From sequence record SRR20825019_1299: a DNA stretch of 34,932 bases, one strand, 5' to 3'. Under the pieces are notes generated by a model. The model was not told where the DNA came from. It worked only from the letters and a program-made list of their open reading frames with translations, and made no database searches. Below, in pieces: positions 1-10,653 of the stretch. A program made the translations under genes and the position numbers. Within the stretch, counting starts at the first letter, position 1. Every line of letters starts with the position of its first letter.

Positions 1-1695
1 ACAGATGCTTTTGGCGGTATTGGCCCAATTTTATTGCCAATGGCAATAGCAGGTGCAGGTATCATTATTTCTATTATTGGTACAATGCTCGTGAAAATAA
101 AAAATAACGATGCAAAAGAGGCTCAGGTTATGGGCGCATTGAATATTGGTAACTGGGTTTCAATAGTTTTAGTAGCTGTTTCATGTTTTGTTCTTGTAAA
201 ATGGATGCTTCCTGAAACAATGAATATGAGTTTCTTCGGTGAAGGCCTTCAAGAAATTTCTTCAATGAGAGTATTCTATGCAACTTTAGTTGGTTTAATA
301 GTAGGTGCCGTAATTTCATCGGTAACGGAATACTATACAGGTTTAGGTAAAAAACCAATTCTTAAAATAGTACAACAATCATCAACAGGTGCTGGAACCA
401 ATATTATTGCAGGTTTAGCAACAGGAATGATTTCTACTTTCCCTTCAGTATTATTATTTGCTGGTGCCATATGGGCATCGTATGCATTTGCTGGTTTTTA
501 CGGTGTTGCGCTTGCGGCTTCTGCAATGATGGCAACTACAGCTATGCAGCTTGCAATTGATGCATTCGGACCAATTAGTGATAACGCTGGGGGTATTGCT
601 GAAATGAGCGAACAAGATCCAATAGTTCGTGAACGTACTGATATATTAGATTCTGTAGGTAATACAACTGCAGCAACTGGTAAAGGTTTTGCTATTGCTT
701 CAGCGGCATTAACGTCTTTAGCACTTTTTGCTGCATACGTAACTTTTACAGGAATTGATGGAATTAACATTTTTAAAGCTCCTGTTTTAGCGATGCTTTT
801 TGTGGGTGGTATGATTCCCGTTGTGTTTTCTGCACTAGCAATGAATGCGGTTGGTAAAGCTGCAATGCAAATGGTACACGAAGTAAGAAGACAATTCCGT
901 GAAATTCCAGGAATTATGGAAGGTACCGGAAAACCTGAATACGATAAATGTGTGGCAATTTCTACAAAAGCATCTTTAAAAGAAATGATGCTTCCAGGTG
1001 TATTAACAATTGGATTTCCATTAGTAATTGCTTTCGTTCCTATGATTTTTGGAATGAACCCTTTGGCTATCGCTGAAATGCTTGGAGGTTATATGGCTGG
1101 AGTTACCGTGAGTGGTGTGCTTTGGGCAATTTTCCAAAACAACGCTGGTGGTGCTTGGGATAATGCTAAAAAATCTTTTGAAGCTGGTGTGTTAATTAAT
1201 GGTGAAATGACTTATAAAGGAAGCGATGCACATAAAGCAGCCGTAACAGGCGATACTGTTGGTGATCCTTTTAAAGATACTTCTGGTCCATCAATGAATA
1301 TTTTGATTAAACTTACATGTTTAATTGGGCTTGTAATTGCTCCAATTTTAGGTGGGCATACTTCTGAAACAACTGATACTGCTAGTACTGAAGTGGTTAA
1401 AAACGAAGTTGTAGCAGCTTCAACCGTTGATATAACTTCAAGTACCTTAAAAGATCAGATGCAATTCGATCAAAAAAATGATACAATTGTAAAAAGAACC
1501 GTTATGGTTGAAGGAGAAGAAGTAAGTAGAGTGATGACAATTAACTTTATTGAAGATTCAGGAAATGGATTGGCTTTGGCAAGAGTTATAACTGAAGACA
1601 CATATAAAGATGGCGAAGTTAAAACTGAAAACAAAACGTACAAAGCTCCATTATCAGTTGTTAAAAAACGATTGAATGAAATAATGAATGACTAA
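1..1695 (+). CDS. hppA: Membrane-integral cation-translocating pyrophosphatase, K+-dependent type; 5' truncated by window edge
   Basis: Frame is open from base 1. Motifs [30 protein letters not shown] (Ala at the K+-dependence position), GGAWDNAKK and [15 protein letters not shown]; many TM helices. Confidence 0.95.
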   Translation, partial: TDAFGGIGPILLPMAIAGAGIIISIIGTMLVKIKNNDAKEAQVMGALNIGNWVSIVLVAVSCFVLVKWMLPETMNMSFFGEGLQEISSMRVFYATLVGLIVGAVISSVTEYYTGLGKKPILKIVQQSSTGAGTNIIAGLATGMISTFPSVLLFAGAIWASYAFAGFYGVALAASAMMATTAMQLAIDAFGPISDNAGGIAEMSEQDPIVRERTDILDSVGNTTAATGKGFAIASAALTSLALFAAYVTFTGIDGINIFKAPVLAMLFVGGMIPVVFSALAMNAVGKAAMQMVHEVRRQFREIPGIMEGTGKPEYDKCVAISTKASLKEMMLPGVLTIGFPLVIAFVPMIFGMNPLAIAEMLGGYMAGVTVSGVLWAIFQNNAGGAWDNAKKSFEAGVLINGEMTYKGSDAHKAAVTGDTVGDPFKDTSGPSMNILIKLTCLIGLVIAPILGGHTSETTDTASTEVVKNEVVAASTVDITSSTLKDQMQFDQKNDTIVKRTVMVEGEEVSRVMTINFIEDSGNGLALARVITEDTYKDGEVKTENKTYKAPLSVVKKRLNEIMND

Positions 1696-1725
1696 GTTCA
1701 GATTTAATCTTAAATAATTTCAATT

Positions 1726-1760
1726 AAAAAAAGCCCAGATAATTTATCTGGGCTTTTTTT
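1726..1760. terminator. Bidirectional intrinsic terminator
   Basis: Perfect 17-bp inverted repeat AAAAAAAGCCCAGATAA-T-TTATCTGGGCTTTTTTT between convergent hppA and kinase genes. Confidence 0.9.
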
Positions 1761-1840
1761 ATGTGTAAATACTGGTATAAAGTTTTTTTTGAAAAGATAA
1801 CCCTAATTCAGTTTCTTGGGAAATAACTTTTAATTGTACC

Positions 1841-2455
1841 CTAAAACAATCCGTGTAGTTCTGCGTCAATCTTGTTTATTACTTGTCCTAAATGCTCAGG
1901 GTCGTCCACAAAATTAATATTATCTACATCAAAAATTATAAGGTTTCCTTTATCATATCCATGAATCCACGCTTCGTAACGTTCGTTCAACCTACTTAGA
2001 TAATCGATGCTTATGGAGTTTTCATAATCACGCCCACGCTTATGAATTTGATTTACTAAATTTGGAATACTGCTTCGTAAATAAATAAGCAAATCTGGGC
2101 CTTCAGTTACACTTTCCATCAAATCAAACAACGAACGATAGTTTTCAAAATCGCGATTGGTCATTAAACCCATTGCATGTAGGTTTGGTGCAAAAATATA
2201 GGCGTCTTCGTAAATTGTTCTATCTTGAATTACGTTTTTCCCTTTTTCACGAATATCAAGAATTTGACGAAAACGACTGTTCAAAAAGTAAATTTGAAGA
2301 TTGAAAGACCACCGCTCCATTTGGTTGTAAAAATCATCCAAATATGGATTGTCTTCTACATCTTCAAAATGGGGTTGCCATTTGTAATGTTTTGCCAATA
2401 AACGTGTAAGGGTGGTCTTTCCAGAGCCAATGTTTCCTGCAATTGCAACGTGCAT
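1841..2455 (-). CDS. Deoxynucleoside kinase (dAK/dGK/dCK family)
   Basis: P-loop GNIGSGKTT, DRTIYED motif, lid RGRDYE; 204 aa. Confidence 0.9.
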   Translation of the reverse strand: MHVAIAGNIGSGKTTLTRLLAKHYKWQPHFEDVEDNPYLDDFYNQMERWSFNLQIYFLNSRFRQILDIREKGKNVIQDRTIYEDAYIFAPNLHAMGLMTNRDFENYRSLFDLMESVTEGPDLLIYLRSSIPNLVNQIHKRGRDYENSISIDYLSRLNERYEAWIHGYDKGNLIIFDVDNINFVDDPEHLGQVINKIDAELHGLF

Positions 2456-2459
2456 TGTG

Positions 2460-3254
2460 TTATTTATTTGGGGTGGTTAGTTTAAAAGTGTGCAAATTTT
2501 TGCCGTCATAAATATACAGGAAATCATTTGTCAACTGCAAATCCTTTATGGTTATTTCGGGTAATTTCAGTTTCACGGTTTCACTAAGTGTTTCATTGTG
2601 TTTTGCGAAATCTGGAATATAATATAGTGCGTTTTCTTTTAAAGCAACCAAATTTTCATTCTGTTGAACTATTTTTTCGTAGCCATTTGAAAGAGTTTCA
2701 TTTAAAATACTTCCGTAAATATTGAATGCACGTAATTTATTTTCTGTAAGTGTAAAGCAATAATTAAAGTTGCTTGCCTGAGAAATCAATTTCCCAGAAA
2801 ATGGTTGCGAAACCACAGTTTGTAGCTTAGCGCCATAATTGTATAGTTCCAACTGTTGCGTATCCACATTAAATAGCCAAAGACTATTGTTGCCAGCATT
2901 TGTAGCGGTGCTTACATTGAGAAACTGCGCAAGGTTGTTAAAGTTTATGCGTTTTATTTCACTTAATTTATTATCTAATAAAACTACAGTATTGGTGTCT
3001 TGAAAAAAAACTACCACCTTTAACGGGTTTATTATATCTACTGAAGTTATGCGCCCCAGTTGTAAATCATTATAAAGAAAATTACCGTCAGGACCTTGTT
3101 TATTGATTACCCTGTCTTTTATAAAATAGACATTTTTATAACTGTCGAAACCTATAAAAGAATCTGCTGTAAATGGAATTTCAGTTACAGCAGTTAAGGT
3201 TTGACCAAAACTAAATTGAAAGACAAATAGTAAAAAGACAAAAATCGGTTTCAT
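2460..3254 (-). CDS. Exported hypothetical protein, probably beta-propeller-like
   Basis: Signal peptide MKPIFVFLLFVFQFSFG; beta-strand-rich; 4 bp from the kinase gene, so likely co-transcribed. Confidence 0.65.
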   Translation of the reverse strand: MKPIFVFLLFVFQFSFGQTLTAVTEIPFTADSFIGFDSYKNVYFIKDRVINKQGPDGNFLYNDLQLGRITSVDIINPLKVVVFFQDTNTVVLLDNKLSEIKRINFNNLAQFLNVSTATNAGNNSLWLFNVDTQQLELYNYGAKLQTVVSQPFSGKLISQASNFNYCFTLTENKLRAFNIYGSILNETLSNGYEKIVQQNENLVALKENALYYIPDFAKHNETLSETVKLKLPEITIKDLQLTNDFLYIYDGKNLHTFKLTTPNK

Positions 3255-3426
3255 AGAAACTGCAAGTTACAAAAACAGCGTGCTATGTCAACGAAAAAGT
3301 ATGTAACACATTATAAAATACTTCGTCTTATTTATAAACCTATTGTTTTAATACATTTCAATTAAACTTATATTAATCATTTTAGTCAAAGGTCTTTACC
3401 TTTCACTTTCACCATCAAATATTTTT

Positions 3427-4314
3427 ATGAAAAGCTATCTCTTTATATACTCGCTATTATTTTCATTTGCTGTTAATGCACAAAACATCAGCGGTCAAGC
3501 TTATTACCAATCAAAAACCACAGTAGATCTCGATGCCTTTGGCGGTAATCGTGAAATGACTGAGGAAATGAAAAAAATGATTGCCGAAAGAATGAAAGGT
3601 ATGCTTGAAAAAACATTCATTCTAACTTTCAATAAGGATGAATCTATTTATAAAGAAGAAGAGAAATTAGACGCTGCACCAATGAACCCAGGTTTTAGAA
3701 TGATGATGAGTAGCTACACCCCTGGAGCGCAATATAAAAATCTAAAAACAGGACAAGCTGTTGAAGAGAATGAATTCTTTGGCAAACAATTTTTAGTGAT
3801 TGATACCATCCAAAAGCTAGAATGGAAAACTACAAACGAATCCAAACAAATTGGACAATACATTGCTTTTAAAGCTACAGCGATTAAAAAAGTAGATCCG
3901 AATGATTTTAGCATGGCTCGCCCAAGACGTAACCGAAATGGAAGAAATGAAAATGAAAATGCTGAAGCAAAAAAAGACACAACTCAATCTCAAGACCCAA
4001 TGGATTTGATTGAAGTTCCAAAAGAAATTGAAGTTACAGCTTGGTTTACGCCACAGATTCCTGTTAGCAACGGTCCTGGTGAATTTTCTGGGCTTCCAGG
4101 GCTAATTTTAGAGCTTAACGCATACAGAACTACGCTTTTATGTTCTAAAATTGTAATGAATCCAAAAGAATCTGAAAAAATTGAAGCCCCAACAAAAGGA
4201 AAACAGGTTTCTAAAGAAGAATATTCAAAAATTGTAAAAGATAAAACTGACGAACTTCGTGAGAATTTTAGAGGTGGTGGTAATGGCCGTCGTGGAGGTA
4301 GATTTGGTGGGTAA
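3427..4314 (+). CDS. GLPGLI family protein
   Basis: Signal peptide; AWFTPQIPVSNGPGEFSGLPGLILE signature. Confidence 0.92.
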   Translation: MKSYLFIYSLLFSFAVNAQNISGQAYYQSKTTVDLDAFGGNREMTEEMKKMIAERMKGMLEKTFILTFNKDESIYKEEEKLDAAPMNPGFRMMMSSYTPGAQYKNLKTGQAVEENEFFGKQFLVIDTIQKLEWKTTNESKQIGQYIAFKATAIKKVDPNDFSMARPRRNRNGRNENENAEAKKDTTQSQDPMDLIEVPKEIEVTAWFTPQIPVSNGPGEFSGLPGLILELNAYRTTLLCSKIVMNPKESEKIEAPTKGKQVSKEEYSKIVKDKTDELRENFRGGGNGRRGGRFGG

Positions 4315-4407
4315 AAAATAAAATGACCACATAGGCACAGAGAAAAAAATGAGATGATAGAAAACAAAATTTCTTCTAAAATTATTTAATTATCCACTAT
4401 AAATAGT

Positions 4408-7161
4408 ATGAAAAAATTACTCTGGCTTGCCCTATTTTTTTTCAGCTTTACGCTTTCTGCGCAAAGCATTAAAGCGAAAGGAACCATCAAAGATAGTATT
4501 GGCAATCCACTTGAATTTGCCAATGTTATTGCGAGTATAAAAACCACTGGCGCGACAGAATCCTACGGAATTACAAATCACCAAGGGCGCTATCAATTAG
4601 ATCTTCCAAAAGGAAATACTTATGTTTTAAGAGCAAGTTTTTTAGGCTTTGAAACCAAGGAACAAACTGTAACTATTCCCGAAGATGCCGAAAATATTGA
4701 ATTGGATTTCATTCTAAAACCACAGGAAAACCAGTTGGACGATGTGGAAATAGTTTACGAAATGCCAGTTACTATTAAAGGCGATACAATCGTTTACAAT
4801 GCAGATAGTTTTACCAATGGTGATGAAAGGAAATTGGGTGATGTGATGAAAAAGCTCCCAGGTGTTGAGGTAAATGAAGATGGCGAAATACAGGTGGAAG
4901 GTAAAACCGTTACAAAAGTAATGGTAGAAGGCAAAGATTTTTTTGATGGCGATAGTAAACTAGCCACTAAAAACATTCCTGCAGATGCAGTAGATAAAGT
5001 TGAGGTGCTTCGCAATTATAATGAAGTAGACCAAATGCGTGGGCTTGGTAATGATCGTGATAATGTTGCAATAAACATAAAACTAAAAGAAGGAAAAAAG
5101 AATTTTTGGTTTGGGGAAGTTACAGCCGGTGCGGGAATAGCAGACGATTATGGCGCTGAAAGTGGTCGTTATTTAGTGCATCCAAAACTATTTTATTACA
5201 GCCCAAAATATAGCATTAACCTTATTGCCGATTTTAATAATATAGGTGAAGTACCGTTTACGTTTCGCGATTATTTCAATTTTACGGGTGGTTTTAAAAA
5301 TTTTAATAGAGGTGGCGGAACGAGCTTCAATATTAGAAATAGTGACCTTGGTTTTGCCGTTTCACAAAACAATCGCGCAAAAAGTATTGATGCCAAATTT
5401 GTTGCAGGAAATTTCAGTTATGCAGTAAATAATAAATTAGATATTAGTGGCTTCGGAATTTTTAGTGATAACAAAACCAATATTGTAAACAACAGTATTC
5501 GTCAGTATATTTTAACGGGACTCACCGAAAATACAACTACTGAAAACGATCAGCACAACCAATTAGCAATGCTAAAATTAAGTAGCACCTATAAGCCAAA
5601 TACCAGTTTTCAGTTAGATTATGATGCTCTTGCTAAAACTTCCAATCAAAGTGAAGACGACACTACAATTTCAATTGTAGATATCAATCAAAATAATATT
5701 TCAGAAATTAAAGAGAATAAGCCGTTTTCAATAAACCAAACAGTAAATGCATATTATACTTTAAACGACAAGAATATTTTTGCTGCAGAAATACAACATC
5801 TATATCAAGATGAAGACCCATTTTATCAAGCAGTTCAGGATGAAATTCCGTTTCGAGGGGTTTTTACAGTTATAAATGATACTCTAAATAGCAATGCAGA
5901 TACTTTTGATCCTTTGGAACAATCGGATCGTTATAACATTAACCAAGATAAAAGGGTAAAAAGCAATAAACTGGACGCTAAGGTTGATTATTATTATGTG
6001 CTCAATAATTTGAGCAACCTTAATTTTACGGTTGGAACTACCTATAGCAATCAAAAATTTAATTCTGCTATTTTTCAAATTTTAGATAACGGTAGCCAAA
6101 ACACTTTTACTGAAAATGATTTTAATAACGATGTTGCCTATTCGTTTACAGATGCTTTTTTTGGACTTCATTATAAGCTGAAAGCAGGGAAGTTTATTTT
6201 TACACCAGGAGTTACACTTCATAATTACAATTTAAAAAACGAACAACTAGGCACAGCATCAATACAAAACAATTGGCGATTGCTGCCAGATATTAATGTG
6301 GTTTTGGAGTTGAAAAAGAGTGAAAATATTCGTTTTAATTATGCAATTACTTCTGAATATAGTGATGTTAACGATTATGTGGAAGGTTATGTTTTTAATA
6401 ACTACAACCGCCTTTTTAGAGGAAATAGGGAGTTGGAAAACGCCCTTTCACACAGTTATAATTTGACTTATTTCAGTTTCAATCTTTTTAATTACACCAA
6501 TTTAAGCGGAAATTTAGGCTATACAAGAAAGGTTGATGCAATAAAAACTACTACCGAATTAGCTGGAATTAATCAGGTGAGTAGCCCTATTAATTTTGAC
6601 AGTAATTTTCCAGATGAAACATTTTCGGCAGCAGGAAGATTTAGCAAAACGGTGAAAAAAATCCAGTTTAAGCTTGATGCAAGCCTTGTAGTTAGTAAAT
6701 CAAACAATACCGTTAACGAAGAAATCCGCGAGAGCCAAAGTTTTACACAAAACTATAACGCCAGCCTTCAAAGTAACTTTAAAACCTTTCCAAATTTTGA
6801 AGTTGGATATCGATACATAAAAAACGATTATGATAATGGTGGAGCGGAACAGACTTACTTTACAAACCGTCCGTATGCAAACGTAAATCTTCGGTTTTTA
6901 AAAGATTTCAACTTTTTTGCTGAGTGGGATTATTATAACTATACAAATGAAGCCAAAACTGTAGAAAATAACTACTCCTTTTTCAATGCAAATTTATACT
7001 ATCAATACGGTGAAAGCCCTTGGGAATTCTCAGTACAAGCAACTAATATTTTAGATACAGAAGCTATAAATAACGATAGTTTTAGCGATCAATTTAATAC
7101 TACATCCCAATATTTTGTGATGCCACGAATTGTGATGTTTGTTATTAAATATGATTTGTAG
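4408..7161 (+). CDS. Outer-membrane beta-barrel (TonB-dependent-receptor-like) protein with N-terminal carboxypeptidase-regulatory-like domain
   Basis: Signal peptide, N-terminal beta-sandwich, plug-like GDTIVYNADSF..LPGVEV..NIPADAVDKVEV, amphipathic strands ending IKYDL; usual partner of GLPGLI genes. Confidence 0.85.
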   Translation: MKKLLWLALFFFSFTLSAQSIKAKGTIKDSIGNPLEFANVIASIKTTGATESYGITNHQGRYQLDLPKGNTYVLRASFLGFETKEQTVTIPEDAENIELDFILKPQENQLDDVEIVYEMPVTIKGDTIVYNADSFTNGDERKLGDVMKKLPGVEVNEDGEIQVEGKTVTKVMVEGKDFFDGDSKLATKNIPADAVDKVEVLRNYNEVDQMRGLGNDRDNVAINIKLKEGKKNFWFGEVTAGAGIADDYGAESGRYLVHPKLFYYSPKYSINLIADFNNIGEVPFTFRDYFNFTGGFKNFNRGGGTSFNIRNSDLGFAVSQNNRAKSIDAKFVAGNFSYAVNNKLDISGFGIFSDNKTNIVNNSIRQYILTGLTENTTTENDQHNQLAMLKLSSTYKPNTSFQLDYDALAKTSNQSEDDTTISIVDINQNNISEIKENKPFSINQTVNAYYTLNDKNIFAAEIQHLYQDEDPFYQAVQDEIPFRGVFTVINDTLNSNADTFDPLEQSDRYNINQDKRVKSNKLDAKVDYYYVLNNLSNLNFTVGTTYSNQKFNSAIFQILDNGSQNTFTENDFNNDVAYSFTDAFFGLHYKLKAGKFIFTPGVTLHNYNLKNEQLGTASIQNNWRLLPDINVVLELKKSENIRFNYAITSEYSDVNDYVEGYVFNNYNRLFRGNRELENALSHSYNLTYFSFNLFNYTNLSGNLGYTRKVDAIKTTTELAGINQVSSPINFDSNFPDETFSAAGRFSKTVKKIQFKLDASLVVSKSNNTVNEEIRESQSFTQNYNASLQSNFKTFPNFEVGYRYIKNDYDNGGAEQTYFTNRPYANVNLRFLKDFNFFAEWDYYNYTNEAKTVENNYSFFNANLYYQYGESPWEFSVQATNILDTEAINNDSFSDQFNTTSQYFVMPRIVMFVIKYDL

Positions 7162-7242
7162 AAATTAATTTTCAGTTAAACCGAATCTAGCAATTACCAA
7201 CTGCCACGCAAATTTTATATCTTTCCCATAAAATTTTTTATC

Positions 7243-7857
7243 ATGCGAAACATTCTCCTCGGAATAGTAATTGCTTTTGTTATCGTTTTTGGGTTGCGTT
7301 ATTGTGAAAACAAGAAAGAAAATAGAGAGCTTCTTGAAGCCAATACTGCGTTAATTCAAAAGGAATTAAAGAATGTTGGAAAACTAATTGTTACAGAAGG
7401 AAGCTACGCACAGGTTTTTACGTATAATGATAGTAAAGAGTTACTTTATGGTATGTTTGATGCGCGTAAAAAAGCCTTAGTTGTTGTAAACGCCACGGCA
7501 AGCATCGCGTATGATTTAAGTAAGGTGAACACGCAAATAGACGAAGCCACAAAAACGGTTACCATTACAAATATCCCCGAGCCAGAGCTTGCTATAAACC
7601 CAAATATTGAGTATTACGATGTTACCCAAGATTACTTAAACCAGTTTAATGCTACAGATTATAACAAAATAAAACAACGCGTAGAAAAATCACTTCGGGA
7701 AAAAATAGAAGCTTCCGAGTTACGAACAAATGCAGAAAACCGATTGATTTCTGAACTTCAGAAAATTTATATTTTAACCAATTCTATGGGTTGGACTTTG
7801 AAATATAATTCTGAAACTGTAAAAGACGAAAACGATTTGCAGAAACTTAAATTATAG
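7243..7857 (+). CDS. DUF4230 family protein
   Basis: N-terminal anchor; VGKLIVTEG, KKALVVVNA..YDLSK pattern. Stop overlaps the convergent rhodanese stop. Confidence 0.75.
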   Translation: MRNILLGIVIAFVIVFGLRYCENKKENRELLEANTALIQKELKNVGKLIVTEGSYAQVFTYNDSKELLYGMFDARKKALVVVNATASIAYDLSKVNTQIDEATKTVTITNIPEPELAINPNIEYYDVTQDYLNQFNATDYNKIKQRVEKSLREKIEASELRTNAENRLISELQKIYILTNSMGWTLKYNSETVKDENDLQKLKL

Positions 7858-8157
7858 TTTTTTACTTAAACTAAACCAACCACCGCCATTCATTGCTTCC
7901 ACACCATTACTTTTTAAAATTGTAGCGGCACTTGCACTTCGCATACCGCTAGCACAACACGTAATTACAGGTTTATCCCATTTTTTTATTTCACTTATTT
8001 TTGAAGAAACTTGCTGCAACGGAATATGTTTGGAGCCAGGAATTGCGCCACTTTCGTATTCAGATTTACTGCGAACATCCAAAATTACAGCATTCCTGCT
8101 TTTAAAATCCTGAATTTTTTTTGATTTATTTTCGAATAAAAAATTGAAGAGTCCCAT
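7852..8157 (-). CDS. Single-domain rhodanese-like protein
   Basis: ILDVRS..EY..GAIPGS.HIPL, active-site loop CASGMRS, NGGGW. Confidence 0.9.
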   Translation of the reverse strand: MGLFNFLFENKSKKIQDFKSRNAVILDVRSKSEYESGAIPGSKHIPLQQVSSKISEIKKWDKPVITCCASGMRSASAATILKSNGVEAMNGGGWFSLSKKL

Positions 8158-8190
8158 ATATATTTTTCCCTTAATGGAGTTTTTGTTTAG

Positions 8191-9966
8191 TTAATAATTA
8201 GTTTGGTCACTGAGCGAAGTAGTGTTAATTAAGCTTAAACCACCTTCAATTAAATGCGCCACTTTTGGTCTTTGTTGCTTCAAATTTAAAAGATGATTTA
8301 AAACTTCTTCAGAAAATTCTGAAGTTGTATTTGCAACCAGCTCATATATTTCTAATGAAAGTAACCAATCGGTAGCATGGTTTTCTTTTAAATTTTCAAA
8401 GATTTGTTGAAGCTTGGTCGCATCTATTTCATTAGAATTACGAATCTCTCTTACTTTTTTATAAAATGAATTCAGCGCTTTTTCTTTTTCTGAAAGTTGC
8501 ACACGAATTGTTTCACTGCTTGAAACGTGATTTACCAAATTAAACGAATGGTAATCTGCTGCTCCCGCAAAAGCTGAAGCAATTTCTTTACCTACAGCCA
8601 TATCAAAATTGCCCATTTCAGGAGAAAATAACACTTCATTTTTGTAGGTTACCGTACAATCCGTAAACTGAATAAGCATCAATTCGCCACGAAGGTTTCG
8701 TATTCCTGTAACGTTTAGTCCTTCTACTGTTATTCCGCTTTCAAACTCAAATGCAATAGGTTTTCCATCGTAAAAATTATACGCTTGCAAATCCCGTGGC
8801 CCCATATTTTCAATAGCAAGATTAATGCCTTTCAATTTCCCCAAAGGAGAACGAAATCCATTTTTATGACGACTTACGCCATGGCCAATCACTTCTTTTT
8901 CGCGGTATGAAAGTGCCGTTTCCCCTTCCGTTTCAAAGTAAACTACTTCGTTGTCCTCATTTTTTATCATTCGTGAAAAACGACCGCTTATTTGTAGTCC
9001 GGTACTAATTTCAATAGTGCCAAGTTGTTTCGATTTTATAAGTTTTTTTAAGCCACGCCAACCACCTTTTCGCACAGCCATAGTGTTTGCAAATTCTTCT
9101 AAAACTTCTTGTAAGTATGCAAAATCTGGCGTTATATAAAGCTGTGGCTGTGGTTTTGTTATATCAAAATCTTGGTAAGCAGCATCGATGGAATAAGGAA
9201 TTTTTTTCACTTCATCTTTCATACACCAAACACTTTCACCGATGGAAGAAAGTAAGCCTGCGCCATAAATTTTTGGGTTTTCTACCGTGCCAACCATTCC
9301 GTATTCTACAGTCCACCAATGTAAATTTCGAATTAAAGAAATTTCTGAAGGCTTTACTTTTTTGTTTTGAAGCTCTTCAACTCTAGTTTCAGCTGCGTGT
9401 ATTAATTCATCCGAAATACCTTCAGCTTCCTTTAAAATAGAGAGTTCACGAACGGCTTCATACATATCCATATCGTGGGCGCTGGAAATAGCTTTTGCAC
9501 CAACCTCCCCAAAACGACGTAAATATTCTGCGTAATCTGGGCTGGCAATAATAGGAGCATGGCCTGCGCCTTCGTGAATAATATCTGGTGCTGGCGTATA
9601 TTCTATATTTTCAAGTTGACGAATATCGCTAGCAATAACAAGCACTTTATACGCCTGAAATTCCATAAAAGCATTCGGCGGAATGAATCCATCAACCGCA
9701 ACTGCAGCCCAACCAATTTCCTTTAAAATTCGGTTCATGCCATACATTGAAGGAATTTCATCTATTGAAATACCTGTTTTTTTAAGTCCGCCCAAATAAC
9801 TTTCGTGTGCAACTTTACTCAAATAATCCACGTTTTTTCGCATTACATAACGCCAAACAGCCTGATTTATGGGTGTATATTGCTCATAATCCTGTGGTTT
9901 TATGTACTGTTTTAAATGTGGGGGCAAGCGGTCCAACAATTCGTTGGTTTCAATATTCATTTCCAT
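8191..9966 (-). CDS. phhA: Aromatic amino acid (phenylalanine-4-) hydroxylase, long form with C-terminal extension
   Basis: YTPAPDIIHEGAGHAP (two Fe-binding His), WWTVEYG (Fe-binding Glu), YGAGLLSS; 591 aa. Confidence 0.88.
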   Translation of the reverse strand: MEMNIETNELLDRLPPHLKQYIKPQDYEQYTPINQAVWRYVMRKNVDYLSKVAHESYLGGLKKTGISIDEIPSMYGMNRILKEIGWAAVAVDGFIPPNAFMEFQAYKVLVIASDIRQLENIEYTPAPDIIHEGAGHAPIIASPDYAEYLRRFGEVGAKAISSAHDMDMYEAVRELSILKEAEGISDELIHAAETRVEELQNKKVKPSEISLIRNLHWWTVEYGMVGTVENPKIYGAGLLSSIGESVWCMKDEVKKIPYSIDAAYQDFDITKPQPQLYITPDFAYLQEVLEEFANTMAVRKGGWRGLKKLIKSKQLGTIEISTGLQISGRFSRMIKNEDNEVVYFETEGETALSYREKEVIGHGVSRHKNGFRSPLGKLKGINLAIENMGPRDLQAYNFYDGKPIAFEFESGITVEGLNVTGIRNLRGELMLIQFTDCTVTYKNEVLFSPEMGNFDMAVGKEIASAFAGAADYHSFNLVNHVSSSETIRVQLSEKEKALNSFYKKVREIRNSNEIDATKLQQIFENLKENHATDWLLSLEIYELVANTTSEFSEEVLNHLLNLKQQRPKVAHLIEGGLSLINTTSLSDQTNY

Positions 9967-9970
9967 AGTT

Positions 9971-9978
9971 CAAAAGTA
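9971..9978 (-). promoter_or_regulatory. Bacteroidota -7 promoter element for phhA
   Basis: Minus strand reads TACTTTTG (TAnnTTTG), 4 nt before the ATG at 9966; no clear -33 box. Confidence 0.5.
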
Positions 9979-10056
9979 ATGAGTAATTGTTTATTATGTA
10001 TGACAATACTAAAAAAGTGCTAAGAGTTTTTGTAGAATTCCTATCTTGCGTTATCA

Positions 10057-10626
10057 ATGAAAAACAGTACCCGAAAAGAAGAAATAATAACCGTTGCCTC
10101 CCGCCTTTTTAATGAAAAAGGCTTTAAAGCTGTTTCAATGCGAGACATCGCCACGGCAATGAATATAAAGGCCGCCAGTCTTTATAACCACATTAGTGGA
10201 AAGCAACAAATACTTTCTGAAATCATTCTTGAAGTTGCAAAAGCTTTTACTGTTGGAATGGAAAAAGTATGCGTGAAAAATATTTCTGCCATCGAAAAAA
10301 TAGAAATGGTTATTGAAATGCATATTGCAATTACAGTAAATCATTCCGAGGCTCTCGCCGCTTTAAACAACGATTGGATGCATTTAGAAGGCGCAGATTT
10401 AAATGCTGTTGTTAAAATGCGGGAAGATTACGAGGAAAATTTCCGAAATATTATAAAACAAGGCATACATGCTGGAGAAATAAGCCCGAATCATCCTGAA
10501 GTTGTACTTTTTTCAATTCTTTCTACCTTGAGAACACTTTATTTATGGAATCAGAAAAGGGGAAAACTAGACGTGAATATTCTTAAAAAAGATATGGTTT
10601 CTGTGCTTATTAAAGGAATTGTGTAA
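10057..10626 (+). CDS. TetR/AcrR family regulator, probably PaaR-like
   Basis: N-terminal HTH (EKGFKAVSMRDIATAMNIKAASLYNH); directly upstream of paaE. Confidence 0.88.
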   Translation: MKNSTRKEEIITVASRLFNEKGFKAVSMRDIATAMNIKAASLYNHISGKQQILSEIILEVAKAFTVGMEKVCVKNISAIEKIEMVIEMHIAITVNHSEALAALNNDWMHLEGADLNAVVKMREDYEENFRNIIKQGIHAGEISPNHPEVVLFSILSTLRTLYLWNQKRGKLDVNILKKDMVSVLIKGIV

Positions 10627-10653
10627 GAAACCTTCAAAGTGCGACAATAATAA

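Noticed and set aside
4326-4342. ACCACATAGGCACAGAG, resembling one arm of a Bacteroidota CACAGAG-type inverted repeat
   Set aside because: No partner arm nearby and too short to call.
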